A DNA stretch of 32,000 nucleotides, from positions 3,420,001 through 3,452,000 of the forward strand of contig NZ_LT934425.1 of NCBI RefSeq assembly GCF_900232105.1, read 5' to 3'. How positions within the stretch are numbered: position 1 is the stretch's first letter; every line of letters begins with the position of its first letter. Shown here one piece after another: positions 8,212-17,648 of this stretch. The position numbers and the translations under genes are program-made. Origin of the DNA: Candidatus Kuenenia stuttgartensis. Its GTDB lineage: Bacteria > Planctomycetota > Brocadiia > Brocadiales > Brocadiaceae. Below the pieces are notes generated by a model. It was not told the DNA's origin, made no database searches, and saw nothing but the letters and a program-made list of their open reading frames with translations.

Positions 8212-9830
8212 AACGTCCCGTACTTCCTGATTTGGCAAGCAGGACAAAGCTTGCCGAAGTGAAAAGCTCCCGTTACACGGAAAAATACGCCGATTATATT
8301 GCCCTCGGTGTTGAAGAATGGCGCAAGGTTTATTGTGAACATGAAAAGCTTGGCAAGAAGACTGTGCTGTTCGTCATGACCGACGACACTAAGAACTGCG
8401 ACGATGTTGGCGAATACCTCGAAAGTACCTACCCGGAATTCAAGGATGCGGTACTGGTCATTCATACCAACAACAACGGTGAAGTGTCTGAATCCGATGC
8501 AAAGAAGAGTAAAGATGAGTTGGAGAAACTACGCAAGGCATCCAATCAGATAGACAGTTGGGAAAGTCCGTATAAAGTGATCGTTTCTGTTCTTATGCTC
8601 AAAGAAGGATGGGACGTCCGCAATGTGACAACCATCGTCGGGCTTCGTGCCTATGCCGCAAAAAGCAATATCCTCCCGGAACAGATTCTCGGCAGGGGTA
8701 TTCGCCGGATGTATCCGGGCGAGGATACGATCGAATACGTCAGCGTGGTCGGCATCGAAGCGTTTATGGACTTCGTGGAATCTATCCGGAGTGAAGGCGT
8801 TGAACTGGAACGTAAACCGATGGGAAGCGGAACAGCCCCCAAAGCACCTATCATCATTGAGGTTGATAACGAAAATACCAAAAAAGACATTGACAAGCTG
8901 GATATTGAAATCCCTATCCTTTCACCGCGCATCTATCGTGAATACAAATGCCTTGAGGCCCTGGAGCCTTCTTCCTTCTGGGCTAAGAAAATCGTTTACC
9001 GGCAGTTTTCAGAGGAAGAAAAACGGGAAATAGTGTTCAAGGATATCACCACCGGGGAAATCAACCATACGACATTATTGGACTCCAGTGCGGTAACGGA
9101 CTATCGGAGTGTCATCGGATATTTTACGCAAATCATCATGAAAGACCTGCGGCTTATTAGCGGATACGACGTTCTTTATGGCAAGGTAAAGGATTTTGTA
9201 TCTCTGCACCTGTTCGATTCTATGGTTGATATTGACGACCTGAATACCCTCCGCAACCTTTCTGAACTTTCGGCAACCAAGACCATCATTGAGACCTTCA
9301 CTAAGAAAATCAATGAATTGACAGTTCAGGACAAAGGAAGCGCGGAAATCCGGGATCATATAAAGCTCAGGCAGACTCGTCCGTTTGTTGTCAGGGAGCA
9401 GGGCTTTCTTGTTCCGCAGAAAAGTCTGTTCAACAAGATTATCGGAGATAGTCACCTTGAACTGCTTTTTGCTTCATTTCTCGAAAAATGTACCGACGTT
9501 ATTTCCTATGCAAAGAATTATCTGGCAGTGCATTTCACAATTGACTATGTGAACGCGGGCGGCAACATTTCCAATTATTATCCTGATTTTATAGTGAAGG
9601 TGAGCGATAAGGACTTATTCATTGTTGAAACAAAAGGCATTGAAGACCCGGATGTTCCCCTGAAAATGGCTCGTTTGAAAAAATGGTGCGAAGATATCAA
9701 CGCCTCACAAAATAAAGCACGCTTTGATTATGTATTCGTTGATGAGGAGGATTTCAAGAAATATAAACCGGATTCATTTTCAAGTCTTATAAAGAATTTC
9801 AGGAAATATAAAGATGACAAGGCCGGCTAA
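8205..9830 (+). CDS. res: Type III restriction enzyme Res subunit, C-terminal part
   Basis: The frame is open from about 8043 (LAWFKSIEDIHNRLKQKG...DVTATPKHNNGAIFVQTVCDYPLVEAITQNVVKRPVLPD) into this ORF. Helicase motifs VIVSVLMLKEGWDVRNVTTIVGLRAY and EQILGRGIRRM; endonuclease-like DFIVKVSDKDLFIVETKG. Confidence 0.88.
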   Translation: MVKRPVLPDLASRTKLAEVKSSRYTEKYADYIALGVEEWRKVYCEHEKLGKKTVLFVMTDDTKNCDDVGEYLESTYPEFKDAVLVIHTNNNGEVSESDAKKSKDELEKLRKASNQIDSWESPYKVIVSVLMLKEGWDVRNVTTIVGLRAYAAKSNILPEQILGRGIRRMYPGEDTIEYVSVVGIEAFMDFVESIRSEGVELERKPMGSGTAPKAPIIIEVDNENTKKDIDKLDIEIPILSPRIYREYKCLEALEPSSFWAKKIVYRQFSEEEKREIVFKDITTGEINHTTLLDSSAVTDYRSVIGYFTQIIMKDLRLISGYDVLYGKVKDFVSLHLFDSMVDIDDLNTLRNLSELSATKTIIETFTKKINELTVQDKGSAEIRDHIKLRQTRPFVVREQGFLVPQKSLFNKIIGDSHLELLFASFLEKCTDVISYAKNYLAVHFTIDYVNAGGNISNYYPDFIVKVSDKDLFIVETKGIEDPDVPLKMARLKKWCEDINASQNKARFDYVFVDEEDFKKYKPDSFSSLIKNFRKYKDDKAG

Positions 9831-9957
9831 TACCTACAATGTCCCCTTTTGTCATGGAAAAAGAATTTCCATTGAGGACGGCTGTATGATTGGAGAAAAA
9901 GGAACGGCAATTATTTATTGCAGTAACACTTTAGTATTTTGAAAAAATACCATGAAA

Positions 9958-9985
9958 AGCTCCGTTAGGAGCGGTATATTTGTAG
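9958..9985 (+). repeat. Small palindromic dispersed repeat (AGCTCCgTtAGGAGC family)
   Basis: agctccgttaggagcggtatatttgtag matches the reverse complement of 30166-30192 (agctccataggagcgatctgtttgtag). Confidence 0.6.
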
Positions 9986-10008
9986 ATAAGCTTATTGCAT
10001 AATGGTGT

Positions 10009-10563
10009 TCACTTCTGCAAATCATGAGGTACTATGGAAAATAGGACGGAGTCGTATATCGTGTCACGCACTACATGGCGATTTCGCAGAATGCCTTCCC
10101 TGACGGCGCCTGCCTTCTCCGCAACCCGCTGACTTGCCTTGTTTGGCACTGCCACGACTATTTCCAGGCGCGTGAATCCTATCGTTTCAAGTCCAAACCG
10201 GCTGAGGAGTTTTACGGTAGCGGTAGCTATGCCTTGTCCTGTACGGCTTGAACGAATCCAGTAACCAAGATTGGCAAAGTTGTGCTTCCGGTTTATTTGG
10301 TCAAGCACGCAACCACCAAGAAAGGTATTGTCTTTCGTATCAAATATGACAAAATCATATTCAATACCATCCGACCACATTTGGGCTCTGGTACTAAGCC
10401 ATGATGTACAGTCAGACATTGAGTAGTCGGGATGGCACCATGGCGCCCACTTTATCATTTCCTCTATTGAATCTCTCACACCTTCGTAGATTACGGCAGC
10501 GTCTTTCAACTGGCAGGGGCGTATGATAATATTACCGTCGGTAAGTTCGAATTTCGATTTCAT
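10009..10563 (-). CDS. GNAT-family N-acetyltransferase (RimJ/RimL type)
   Basis: ELTDGNIIIRPCQLKDAAVIYEGVRDS...NLGYWIRSSRTGQGIATATVKLLSRFGLETIGFTRLEIVVAVPNKASQRVAEKAGAVREGILR. Confidence 0.9.
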   Translation of the reverse strand: MKSKFELTDGNIIIRPCQLKDAAVIYEGVRDSIEEMIKWAPWCHPDYSMSDCTSWLSTRAQMWSDGIEYDFVIFDTKDNTFLGGCVLDQINRKHNFANLGYWIRSSRTGQGIATATVKLLSRFGLETIGFTRLEIVVAVPNKASQRVAEKAGAVREGILRNRHVVRDTIYDSVLFSIVPHDLQK

Positions 10564-10963
10564 GTTATTTTGGCGTTGTTTATCAAAAGATTTTTTTGCT
10601 AAAGAGTCGCTAAGGGTGCAAGGAAATTGCCTTACGTTCAGTGTTTCACGGTAAACTCTTTGGTTGCGGTTCTACAGTTCTTAATGACGATTGTCAGTGT
10701 TTGAATAATTACAAAAAAACAGAAAATATTCAACTTAAATTGGAGTTAAGGCAACATCGGTTCTTTTCGGGGAATTCTTACAACATTTTGTATTATAATA
10801 AGATAAGTATAGATAATATTTGGGAAAATGGTTGAATATTTCTCAGCATTCCTTATAATAAAGTGCTCTTATGAAATGAGAAAATTAATGTTTTGTTTGC
10901 CGAGTATACTCTGCGAACATTGTGTATTAGTGCAATTTTGGCCTTGTCAAAAAGGAGTTTAAA

Positions 10964-12364
10964 ATGGTTATGTTGGATTACAAAAAAGCCGACGTTAGTT
11001 CTAAGCAGGATTACAAAGTGGCGGATATCGGTCTTGCAGACTGGGGATATCGCGAGATTGCCCTGGCGGAAGCTGAGATGCCCGCCTTGATGAATCTCAG
11101 GAAAAAATATGAGAAAGAGCAGCCGCTTAAGGGTGCTAAAATCATCGGCTGTATCCACATGACAATCCAAACAGCCGTATTGATCAAAACGCTTCGCGCT
11201 CTCGGTGCTGAAGTTCGCTGGTCATCGTGTAATATTTTTTCCACACAAGACCATGCGGCCGCAGCTATTGCGGATTCCGGTATTGCCGTTTACGCATGGA
11301 AGGGTCAGACGGAAAAAGAGTATGAGTGGTGTATTGAGCAGACTATTCTGAAAGAAGGCAAGCCCTGGGATGCTAATATGTTGCTAGATGACGGCGGAGA
11401 TCTTACTGCAATGGTTCATGAGAAATATCCTGAGATGCTTGAAAAAATACATGGCATTACAGAAGAGACGACTACCGGCGTTCACCGTTTGCACGAAATG
11501 TTAATAAAAGGGGAGCTTAAGGTTCCCGCGGTAAATGTCAATGACGCTGTAACCAAATCTAAAAATGATAATAAATATGGATGCCGCCACAGTTTAAATG
11601 ATGCTATTAAACGTGGCACCGATATTCTTCTTTCCGGTAAAAAGGCGCTTGTTATTGGTTATGGTGATGTTGGCAAGGGTTCCGCCCAGAGTTTGCGGCA
11701 GGAAGGCATGATTGTGAGCATTTCTGAAATAGACCCCATATGTGGTATGCAGGCATGTATGGACGGATATGAGGTGGTTTCTCCTTACAAAGACGGAATA
11801 AATAATGGTTCTGCGGAAGGTATAAACAAACAATTGTTGGCCAAGACCGATCTGATTGTAACGACGACAGGCAATGTAAATGTATGCGACCGTCATATGC
11901 TGTCTGCTATTAAACGCGGGGCAGTCGTTTGTAATATTGGACATTTTGACCTGGAGATTGACACTAAATTTATGCGTGAAAACTGGAGGTGGGAAGAGGT
12001 GAAACCGCAGGTTCACCAGATATACAGATCCGATGACCCTGAAGATTATATTATTCTTCTTTCTGAAGGACGGCTTGTAAACCTTGGCAATGCTACAGGT
12101 CATCCCTCACGTGTTATGGATGGGTCATTCTCAAATCAAGTGCTTGCACAGATGTACCTCTATCGTGAGGCATGGGCAAGCAAACCCAAATCAGAGCGTA
12201 GCCCGGTGTATATTAAGGTTCTTCCAAAAAAACTGGATGAGGAGGTTGCCGCTGAAATGGTGAAAGGCTTTGGAGGAGTGATTACCCGTATGACCAAACA
12301 GCAGTCTGAATATATCAACACCCCTGTAGAAGGGCCGTTCAAACCGGATACGTACCGGTACTAA
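10964..12364 (+). CDS. ahcY: Adenosylhomocysteinase (S-adenosyl-L-homocysteine hydrolase)
   Basis: [92 protein letters not shown]-terminal PFKPDTYRY. Confidence 0.98.
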   Translation: MVMLDYKKADVSSKQDYKVADIGLADWGYREIALAEAEMPALMNLRKKYEKEQPLKGAKIIGCIHMTIQTAVLIKTLRALGAEVRWSSCNIFSTQDHAAAAIADSGIAVYAWKGQTEKEYEWCIEQTILKEGKPWDANMLLDDGGDLTAMVHEKYPEMLEKIHGITEETTTGVHRLHEMLIKGELKVPAVNVNDAVTKSKNDNKYGCRHSLNDAIKRGTDILLSGKKALVIGYGDVGKGSAQSLRQEGMIVSISEIDPICGMQACMDGYEVVSPYKDGINNGSAEGINKQLLAKTDLIVTTTGNVNVCDRHMLSAIKRGAVVCNIGHFDLEIDTKFMRENWRWEEVKPQVHQIYRSDDPEDYIILLSEGRLVNLGNATGHPSRVMDGSFSNQVLAQMYLYREAWASKPKSERSPVYIKVLPKKLDEEVAAEMVKGFGGVITRMTKQQSEYINTPVEGPFKPDTYRY

Positions 12365-12543
12365 CTTTTTTGATCTTAGCATCTTTGTGTGGATATTTTC
12401 AAAAAGCCAAATTACCGCTAAATTTCTAATTTGTTTGTAATATAAGCGGTTTTCCGCGTGGTGCAAATTATAAATTAATAAAAGAGAAATCACAGATTTT
12501 CCAGATTAGAAAAATCGTAAATCGTAAATCTGTGTGGATTTGT

Positions 12544-12569
12544 CCTGTGGGATAAACTCATTCCACAGG
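12544..12569. terminator. Hairpin between ahcY and the MoaD-like gene, possible terminator-like structure
   Basis: cctgtggga (12544-12552) pairs with ttccacagg (12561-12569), including one G-U. No clear U-tract. Confidence 0.3.
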
Positions 12570-12655
12570 GCAGGCTTTGTTTATCAGACGGTCTGCGTTC
12601 CTCTTCATATCCAAGAGCCGAAAAACAAACAACGTGAACGAGTGAGCGATATTTT

Positions 12656-12672
12656 GGTGGGCGCCGCCCACC
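12656..12672 (+). promoter_or_regulatory. GC-rich leader hairpin upstream of the MoaD-like gene
   Basis: ggtgggc-gcc-gcccacc is a perfect 7-bp stem, about 30 nt upstream of ATG 12703 and just before the aaggagc ribosome-binding sequence. Confidence 0.4.
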
Positions 12673-12702
12673 TTACCAGGGTTAATTTAAAGGAGCAAAA
12701 TT

Positions 12703-12987
12703 ATGTCGGTAACTGTGCGCATACCAACGCCTTTGAGAACCTTTACGGATGGAGTTGAGGAGGTAAAGGTAGAGGGAAAGAATATTGGCGAGATTATTAG
12801 CAATCTGGAAGCAAATTACAAAGGTATTAAAGAAAGGATTTGCGATGATTCCGGCCAGATAAGAAGGTTTATCAACTTTTATCTCAATGATGAGGATATC
12901 AGATTTCTCAATAATCTGGAAACACCGGTAAAAGACGGAGATTATATATCTGTAGTGCCAGCCATTGCCGGTGGCTGTCAGCTATAG
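12703..12987 (+). CDS. MoaD/ThiS-family ubiquitin-like sulfur carrier protein
   Basis: MSVTVRIPTPLRTFTDGVEEVKVEGKNIGEIISNLEANYKGIKERICDDSGQIRRFINFYLNDEDIRFLNNLETPVKDGDYISVVPAIAGGCQL; diglycine followed by a CQL extension. Confidence 0.88.
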   Translation: MSVTVRIPTPLRTFTDGVEEVKVEGKNIGEIISNLEANYKGIKERICDDSGQIRRFINFYLNDEDIRFLNNLETPVKDGDYISVVPAIAGGCQL

Positions 12988-13281
12988 CAATATTAGTGCA
13001 GGAACAGGGTAAAAGAGGCTGAGAATATTAATAATAGTTCAGCATATGCAGAATACATAAAGAATTATAATCTCATGCCCCTTTTTTAAGGATGATTTAG
13101 GGGGGTTACCATAAACACATATCCCTCTGTGTAAACCAGAATCAAACAAGGACGAAAAGGAGAAACCGGATTAAAATCAGTAATCGGCAGTCGCACAAGA
13201 TTGCAGATATGAGATTGAGGATTTAGGATTTCACCATTAAATATTTTGCCAAAATTAGGGAATTAAAAGTGGTCGCTCAGT

Positions 13282-14751
13282 TCAGCATTGAATTTTTGGC
13301 TTCACATCAGAACCTCTTAGCAAATATTTTAAAAACGTCCTTGCTGATTTTAACGTCCTCTTTATTTCTCTTGGGTGTGTAATCATTTGTTTTAATTTGT
13401 AAAGAAGATAGCCAGGCCTTAGATAAAAAGACCGTCTTGCACCATCGCAGAACCTTACAAGATCATAGGATGATAATTCTTCCGTACTGATAACAGTATT
13501 ATGCAAGCCTTCCGGCGTAAGCCACTCTGAGAAATTATCGGTAGTTATCAATCTTTTTTCCTTATACCATGTGTATGCTTCCGTTCCCGGATATACCATG
13601 ACGGGATAAAATTGGGCAGTATCCGGATTCAGCCTTTTTGCAAGCTGTAGTGTTTCCTGAAGTGTTTCTTTTGTCTCGCCGGGAAGCCCTGCCATAAAGC
13701 AGCCATGTATTAACATCCCGGCTTTTTTTGCATTTGCCATGAAAGCCTCCATTTCCGCAAGACTCAGCTTTTTCTTCATGTTGTCAAGTACTTGCTGGCT
13801 TCCGCTTTCAAATCCGACGCAAAGTGACCGGCAGCCTGCCGTCTTCATTGTCCGCATTGTTTCGTAATCCAGACCAACCCTTGCATTTGCTGTCCATGAA
13901 ATGTTCACTTTCTTTTGAATTATGCATTCTGCAAGTTCTTTACACCGTTTTTTATTAACAGTTAATGTATCATCCTCAAAAAAAACCGCCTTTGCCTGCG
14001 GGAAATTTTTTGTAATATATTCCATTTCCTCCACTACATTATTAATACTCCTTTGCCGAAAACCTCTGCCCATTAACGTTTGAGGATAAACACAAAAGGT
14101 ACATGGGAAAGGGCATCCTCTGGAAGTGGTAATTGTGACCATTGGGTAGAGGGCGTTAGGATTAAAATAATTTTCTATACGGAGAAATTCTTTGTAAACC
14201 TTGCTTACGAAAGGCAATTCGTTGAGATTTTCAATATATGGCCTTCCCGGGTTGTGGATGATTTCATTGCCATTCCTATAGCTTATGCCACGAACGGTTT
14301 TCAGGTCGCCTTTTTCAGATAAAATTTTAGCGAGGTCATGCAGTGTGTAATCATATTCATTTCTGGCAACTGCATCAACGCTATTTTCTTTGTTAAGGAC
14401 TTCCTCCGGAAGCGCTGATACGTGCGTTCCTACCAGTATTATGAAAGAAGACGGACAGGTTTCTTTTAATCTGCGGGCAACGGCAACGTCATTATCAATA
14501 CTTGGCGTACTTGTATCAAGAACAATAAGGTTTGGCTGGAATGTGAGGGTTTTTTCAATAATGTCATCAATGGATAAACTATCTGCAGGCGCGTCCACGA
14601 GGTTAACTTCAAACCCTTTTTCTTCCAAAACGCCTGTTGCATATGCCAGCCACAGGGGAAAATAGAGCGTGCCGCTTTTGGTCACTGCAGGACTCCGCTG
14701 TGGACGGGAAAATTTTTTTAAATATGGGGGATTGATAAGTAAGACTTTCAC
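13282..14751 (-). CDS. B12-binding-domain radical SAM protein (no. 1)
   Basis: MKVLLINPPYLKK...LARVDAPADSLS-type N-terminal domain; TTSRGCPFPCTFCVYP radical SAM cysteine motif; LCVGFESGSQQVLDNMKK. Confidence 0.88.
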   Translation of the reverse strand: MKVLLINPPYLKKFSRPQRSPAVTKSGTLYFPLWLAYATGVLEEKGFEVNLVDAPADSLSIDDIIEKTLTFQPNLIVLDTSTPSIDNDVAVARRLKETCPSSFIILVGTHVSALPEEVLNKENSVDAVARNEYDYTLHDLAKILSEKGDLKTVRGISYRNGNEIIHNPGRPYIENLNELPFVSKVYKEFLRIENYFNPNALYPMVTITTSRGCPFPCTFCVYPQTLMGRGFRQRSINNVVEEMEYITKNFPQAKAVFFEDDTLTVNKKRCKELAECIIQKKVNISWTANARVGLDYETMRTMKTAGCRSLCVGFESGSQQVLDNMKKKLSLAEMEAFMANAKKAGMLIHGCFMAGLPGETKETLQETLQLAKRLNPDTAQFYPVMVYPGTEAYTWYKEKRLITTDNFSEWLTPEGLHNTVISTEELSSYDLVRFCDGARRSFYLRPGYLLYKLKQMITHPREIKRTLKSARTFLKYLLRGSDVKPKIQC

Positions 14752-14771
14752 TGCATCTGCCTTTCTAAAAA

Positions 14772-15866
14772 TTAAATTCTTTGTTGTTGTGTACCAACGA
14801 AACGAATAACATTTTCATAATTAAAGTTTTTACTTAATAGCGATTTACATTCTTTGTAAACATCATTTGCAGAAATGTTTTCCATGCAAATAGGATTTGC
14901 ACACCCGATAAAAATATCATTTCCATAACACGGACTGCATTCTACACGGCTTTGAATATATCTGCAAAATGGCAATTGGGGTGAAAGTAATTTTGAATTG
15001 CTGGGACCAAAAATACACACTGTCGGGATAGTGAGTGCGTAAGAAATGTGGAAGGGAGCAGAGTCATTTGTAACAAAAAGCCGGCACAATTTCATTAAAT
15101 ATCCCGTTTCATTAAAAGAATATTGGCCGCTTAAATCAAAAATAGCATCATTAAGTTCATCTTTTAGTGTCGTGTTTATTTTACGATCATCCATCGATCC
15201 AAAAAGCAGAAATCCATAACCGTCTGCAGAAAGCAATTTTGCCAGTTCAATAAATTTTTTAGCACCCCATTGTTTTATCAATACCGTATCGCGGGGATTT
15301 TTCCCGCCGCCGCAAAAAAGTCCAATTACATTAGATTTGTATTTTTCGAGAAAAGTACTCAGATTTTCAGGAATGCATACTTCTTTTATCTGAAAATCAA
15401 GCTTAGTTCCATTGCATGGTATGCACAATGGCTCTAACAATGTATTATATGCTCTGGCGGCATAATCGTTTTGTAGCACTGAAGGACAGATTTTGTGGGT
15501 AATAAAACTGCTATTGCCGAATCCGACCCTCGTTGTCGCCCCTATTAACCATGAAAGAAAATGTATATATTTTGATGCGCTGAAAATAATGATAGCTTCA
15601 AATTTGTATTTTCTTAATTCTAGTATTAAAGGGATAATTTTATATAATTTTTTTCCAAAAAGTGCATCGTCGTCTAATCGAAAAGTTTTTGTAAGGTAAG
15701 GATTATTGTACAGTGCTTCTGACGACCACCTACCGGTAAGATAATAAATCTTATTTGCCGGGTTATTTTTGTAAATTGCATGTATTGCCGGAGTCGTAAG
15801 CAATACATCACCGAAAGCATGGGTCTTGATTAATAAAATATTACTACTCATCTGCTTTGCTGCCAT
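14772..15866 (-). CDS. Glycosyltransferase family 9 (heptosyltransferase-like)
   Basis: ILLIKTHAFGDVLLTTPAIHAIYKNNPANKIYYLT...; LFVTNDSAPFHISYALTIPTVCIFGPSN; PCYGN near the C-terminus. Confidence 0.88.
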   Translation of the reverse strand: MAAKQMSSNILLIKTHAFGDVLLTTPAIHAIYKNNPANKIYYLTGRWSSEALYNNPYLTKTFRLDDDALFGKKLYKIIPLILELRKYKFEAIIIFSASKYIHFLSWLIGATTRVGFGNSSFITHKICPSVLQNDYAARAYNTLLEPLCIPCNGTKLDFQIKEVCIPENLSTFLEKYKSNVIGLFCGGGKNPRDTVLIKQWGAKKFIELAKLLSADGYGFLLFGSMDDRKINTTLKDELNDAIFDLSGQYSFNETGYLMKLCRLFVTNDSAPFHISYALTIPTVCIFGPSNSKLLSPQLPFCRYIQSRVECSPCYGNDIFIGCANPICMENISANDVYKECKSLLSKNFNYENVIRFVGTQQQRI

Positions 15867-15948
15867 TCATCATAACGTTTAATGGCAGCATCCCTAGCCA
15901 CTCGTCCTAAAACTATTCCTGCAGGTTTCCGGAGAAAACAGGAAAATA

Positions 15949-17391
15949 TTATTCTATCGCCCACGTATCAGCCTTTCTCTTTAACAGTCTTTTTATTGAA
16001 TCACTCATGAAGTATAAAAAATTGACTATGTATTTGTGCTTCATTGTTTTTAGCATTGGTTTGGATACGAGTATCCACATGATCCGTCGTGGAATGGTAC
16101 GGCAATAGAGATAAAAAAGAAAGTTAATATAACTCTTTTTTCGGGATTCAAATTGCCGGGTCGAGTCAATGATAAGTCCTTTTTCCTGAGCCTTTTTTTG
16201 TAATTCAGTGCCAGGAAGAAAAATAAGGGAAAATACGTTCAGGTGATATGGTCTGGGAAATTTCTGAATCATATGCAGGGTTTCAATTAGGTCTTCTTCC
16301 TCTTCGAATGGATTATCAATAATAAAATCGTAGAAAGGCATTAATCTTCCCTTAAATTGGTGAATCAGTCCTACAGCATCCAAAACTTTGTCGGTAGAAG
16401 GGCCTCTTTTATACAGTTTTCTGGTTTTTTCACTACCTGTTTGTATGCCAATTTGCAATTCATTCATGCCTGCATTAACAAGGATTTCCAGCTTCTTTTT
16501 ATTGACATCATGTGCATGGGCAAGACAGCGGAAAGGCAAACCGATTTCATTTCTATATAAAGCGGCATATTTTTCTAACTGGTCTTCTTTCAAAGCAAAA
16601 AAATTGTCGTCGCAAAACGTTATTGCCTGCATCCGTGGAAAGCGGAATTTCATTTCTTTCAGCTCACCAATTACGTTTTCTGCAGTGCGAAATCTCAAAT
16701 ATCCGCTGTCCGAATAAAGGGCTTTAAATGTGGAACAATAAGTACAGCTATAAGGGCATCCTCGTGAAGAAAGGGTTTGATAAACGGTTTTCTCCGCTAT
16801 TTTTAAATGCGCCTGCAATAATTCCCCGGTCATTTTGTGCATGGTTTTTCCATCCCACAGGTAATGCCCCTCCAAAGAATAATCGGGGTATGGCAATGAA
16901 TCAAGATCTTCAATAATAGGGGCAAGCCTGTTTTTTTTGAAATTTCCGTCTTTGAAAAACCAAAATCCGTTCAAGTCGTAATAATTATCGTTTTTTGCCA
17001 TGGCGTTTAAAAGGTTTTTTATTGCGATTTCTGCTTCACCTATGCAGACAATATCGGCAAAGCCTGCCGCATCTTCCGGCCTGGCAGAGATATGCTTTCC
17101 TCCCCACATTATAGGCGCCCTTATTTTGTTTCGTATTGCTTCGGTAAGCGCCTTAACCGCATTGAAATGACAAGAGAAAAATGATATTCCCACAAAGAAT
17201 GAATCATGGGTCATCTCTTTTATAGCATCCGATAATAAGCTTATAGAATGGGTATCCATCTGTTTTAAGATATGGGGCGTAAAAATAATTTCGGTGGAAA
17301 ACCCTTCTTTTCTCAAAGATGATGAAAGGATTCTAATGCCATATGCCATTAAATCATCGTATGGTGCGATAAAGGTGACTTTTTTGTTCAT
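15949..17391 (-). CDS. B12-binding-domain radical SAM protein (no. 2)
   Basis: MNKKVTFIAPYDDLMAYGIRILSSSLRKEGF...; TLSSRGCPYSCTYCSTF; MNELQIGIQTGSEKTRKLYKRG. Confidence 0.88.
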   Translation of the reverse strand: MNKKVTFIAPYDDLMAYGIRILSSSLRKEGFSTEIIFTPHILKQMDTHSISLLSDAIKEMTHDSFFVGISFFSCHFNAVKALTEAIRNKIRAPIMWGGKHISARPEDAAGFADIVCIGEAEIAIKNLLNAMAKNDNYYDLNGFWFFKDGNFKKNRLAPIIEDLDSLPYPDYSLEGHYLWDGKTMHKMTGELLQAHLKIAEKTVYQTLSSRGCPYSCTYCSTFKALYSDSGYLRFRTAENVIGELKEMKFRFPRMQAITFCDDNFFALKEDQLEKYAALYRNEIGLPFRCLAHAHDVNKKKLEILVNAGMNELQIGIQTGSEKTRKLYKRGPSTDKVLDAVGLIHQFKGRLMPFYDFIIDNPFEEEEDLIETLHMIQKFPRPYHLNVFSLIFLPGTELQKKAQEKGLIIDSTRQFESRKKSYINFLFYLYCRTIPRRIMWILVSKPMLKTMKHKYIVNFLYFMSDSIKRLLKRKADTWAIE

Positions 17392-17618
17392 GGTGAGAAA
17401 ATACCTCCCGGTATATAGATATTAATCATAGTCAGACAATTAAGGTTTTCGAAAAATGAATAGTTGTAAATTTTAAATAAAATTCATTGTTTTTATAGAG
17501 TAAGGAGTTTTTTCTAATTTAACCCCCCCAAATCCACTCCTAATAAATGGGGCTTCTTACTGTTAGATTTGTTATTTCTAACAATTTTTTATTTTACCAG
17601 GGCTTTGTCCTGATTGAT

Positions 17619-17648
17619 AATCAATCAATCAATCAATCAATCAATCAA
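17619..17648. repeat. Tetranucleotide microsatellite (AATC)7.5
   Basis: aatcaatcaatcaatcaatcaatcaatcaa, overlapping the 3' end of the acyltransferase ORF. Confidence 0.95.

Noticed and set aside
9075-9455. Minus-strand ORFs inside res (7120-7602, 8010-8465, 8651-8932, 9075-9455)
   Set aside because: All are antisense to well-supported res coding sequence, with no convincing family motifs.
10853-10963. SAH riboswitch upstream of ahcY
   Set aside because: The short AT-rich leader shows no recognisable conserved SAH riboswitch core or stable paired structure by eye.
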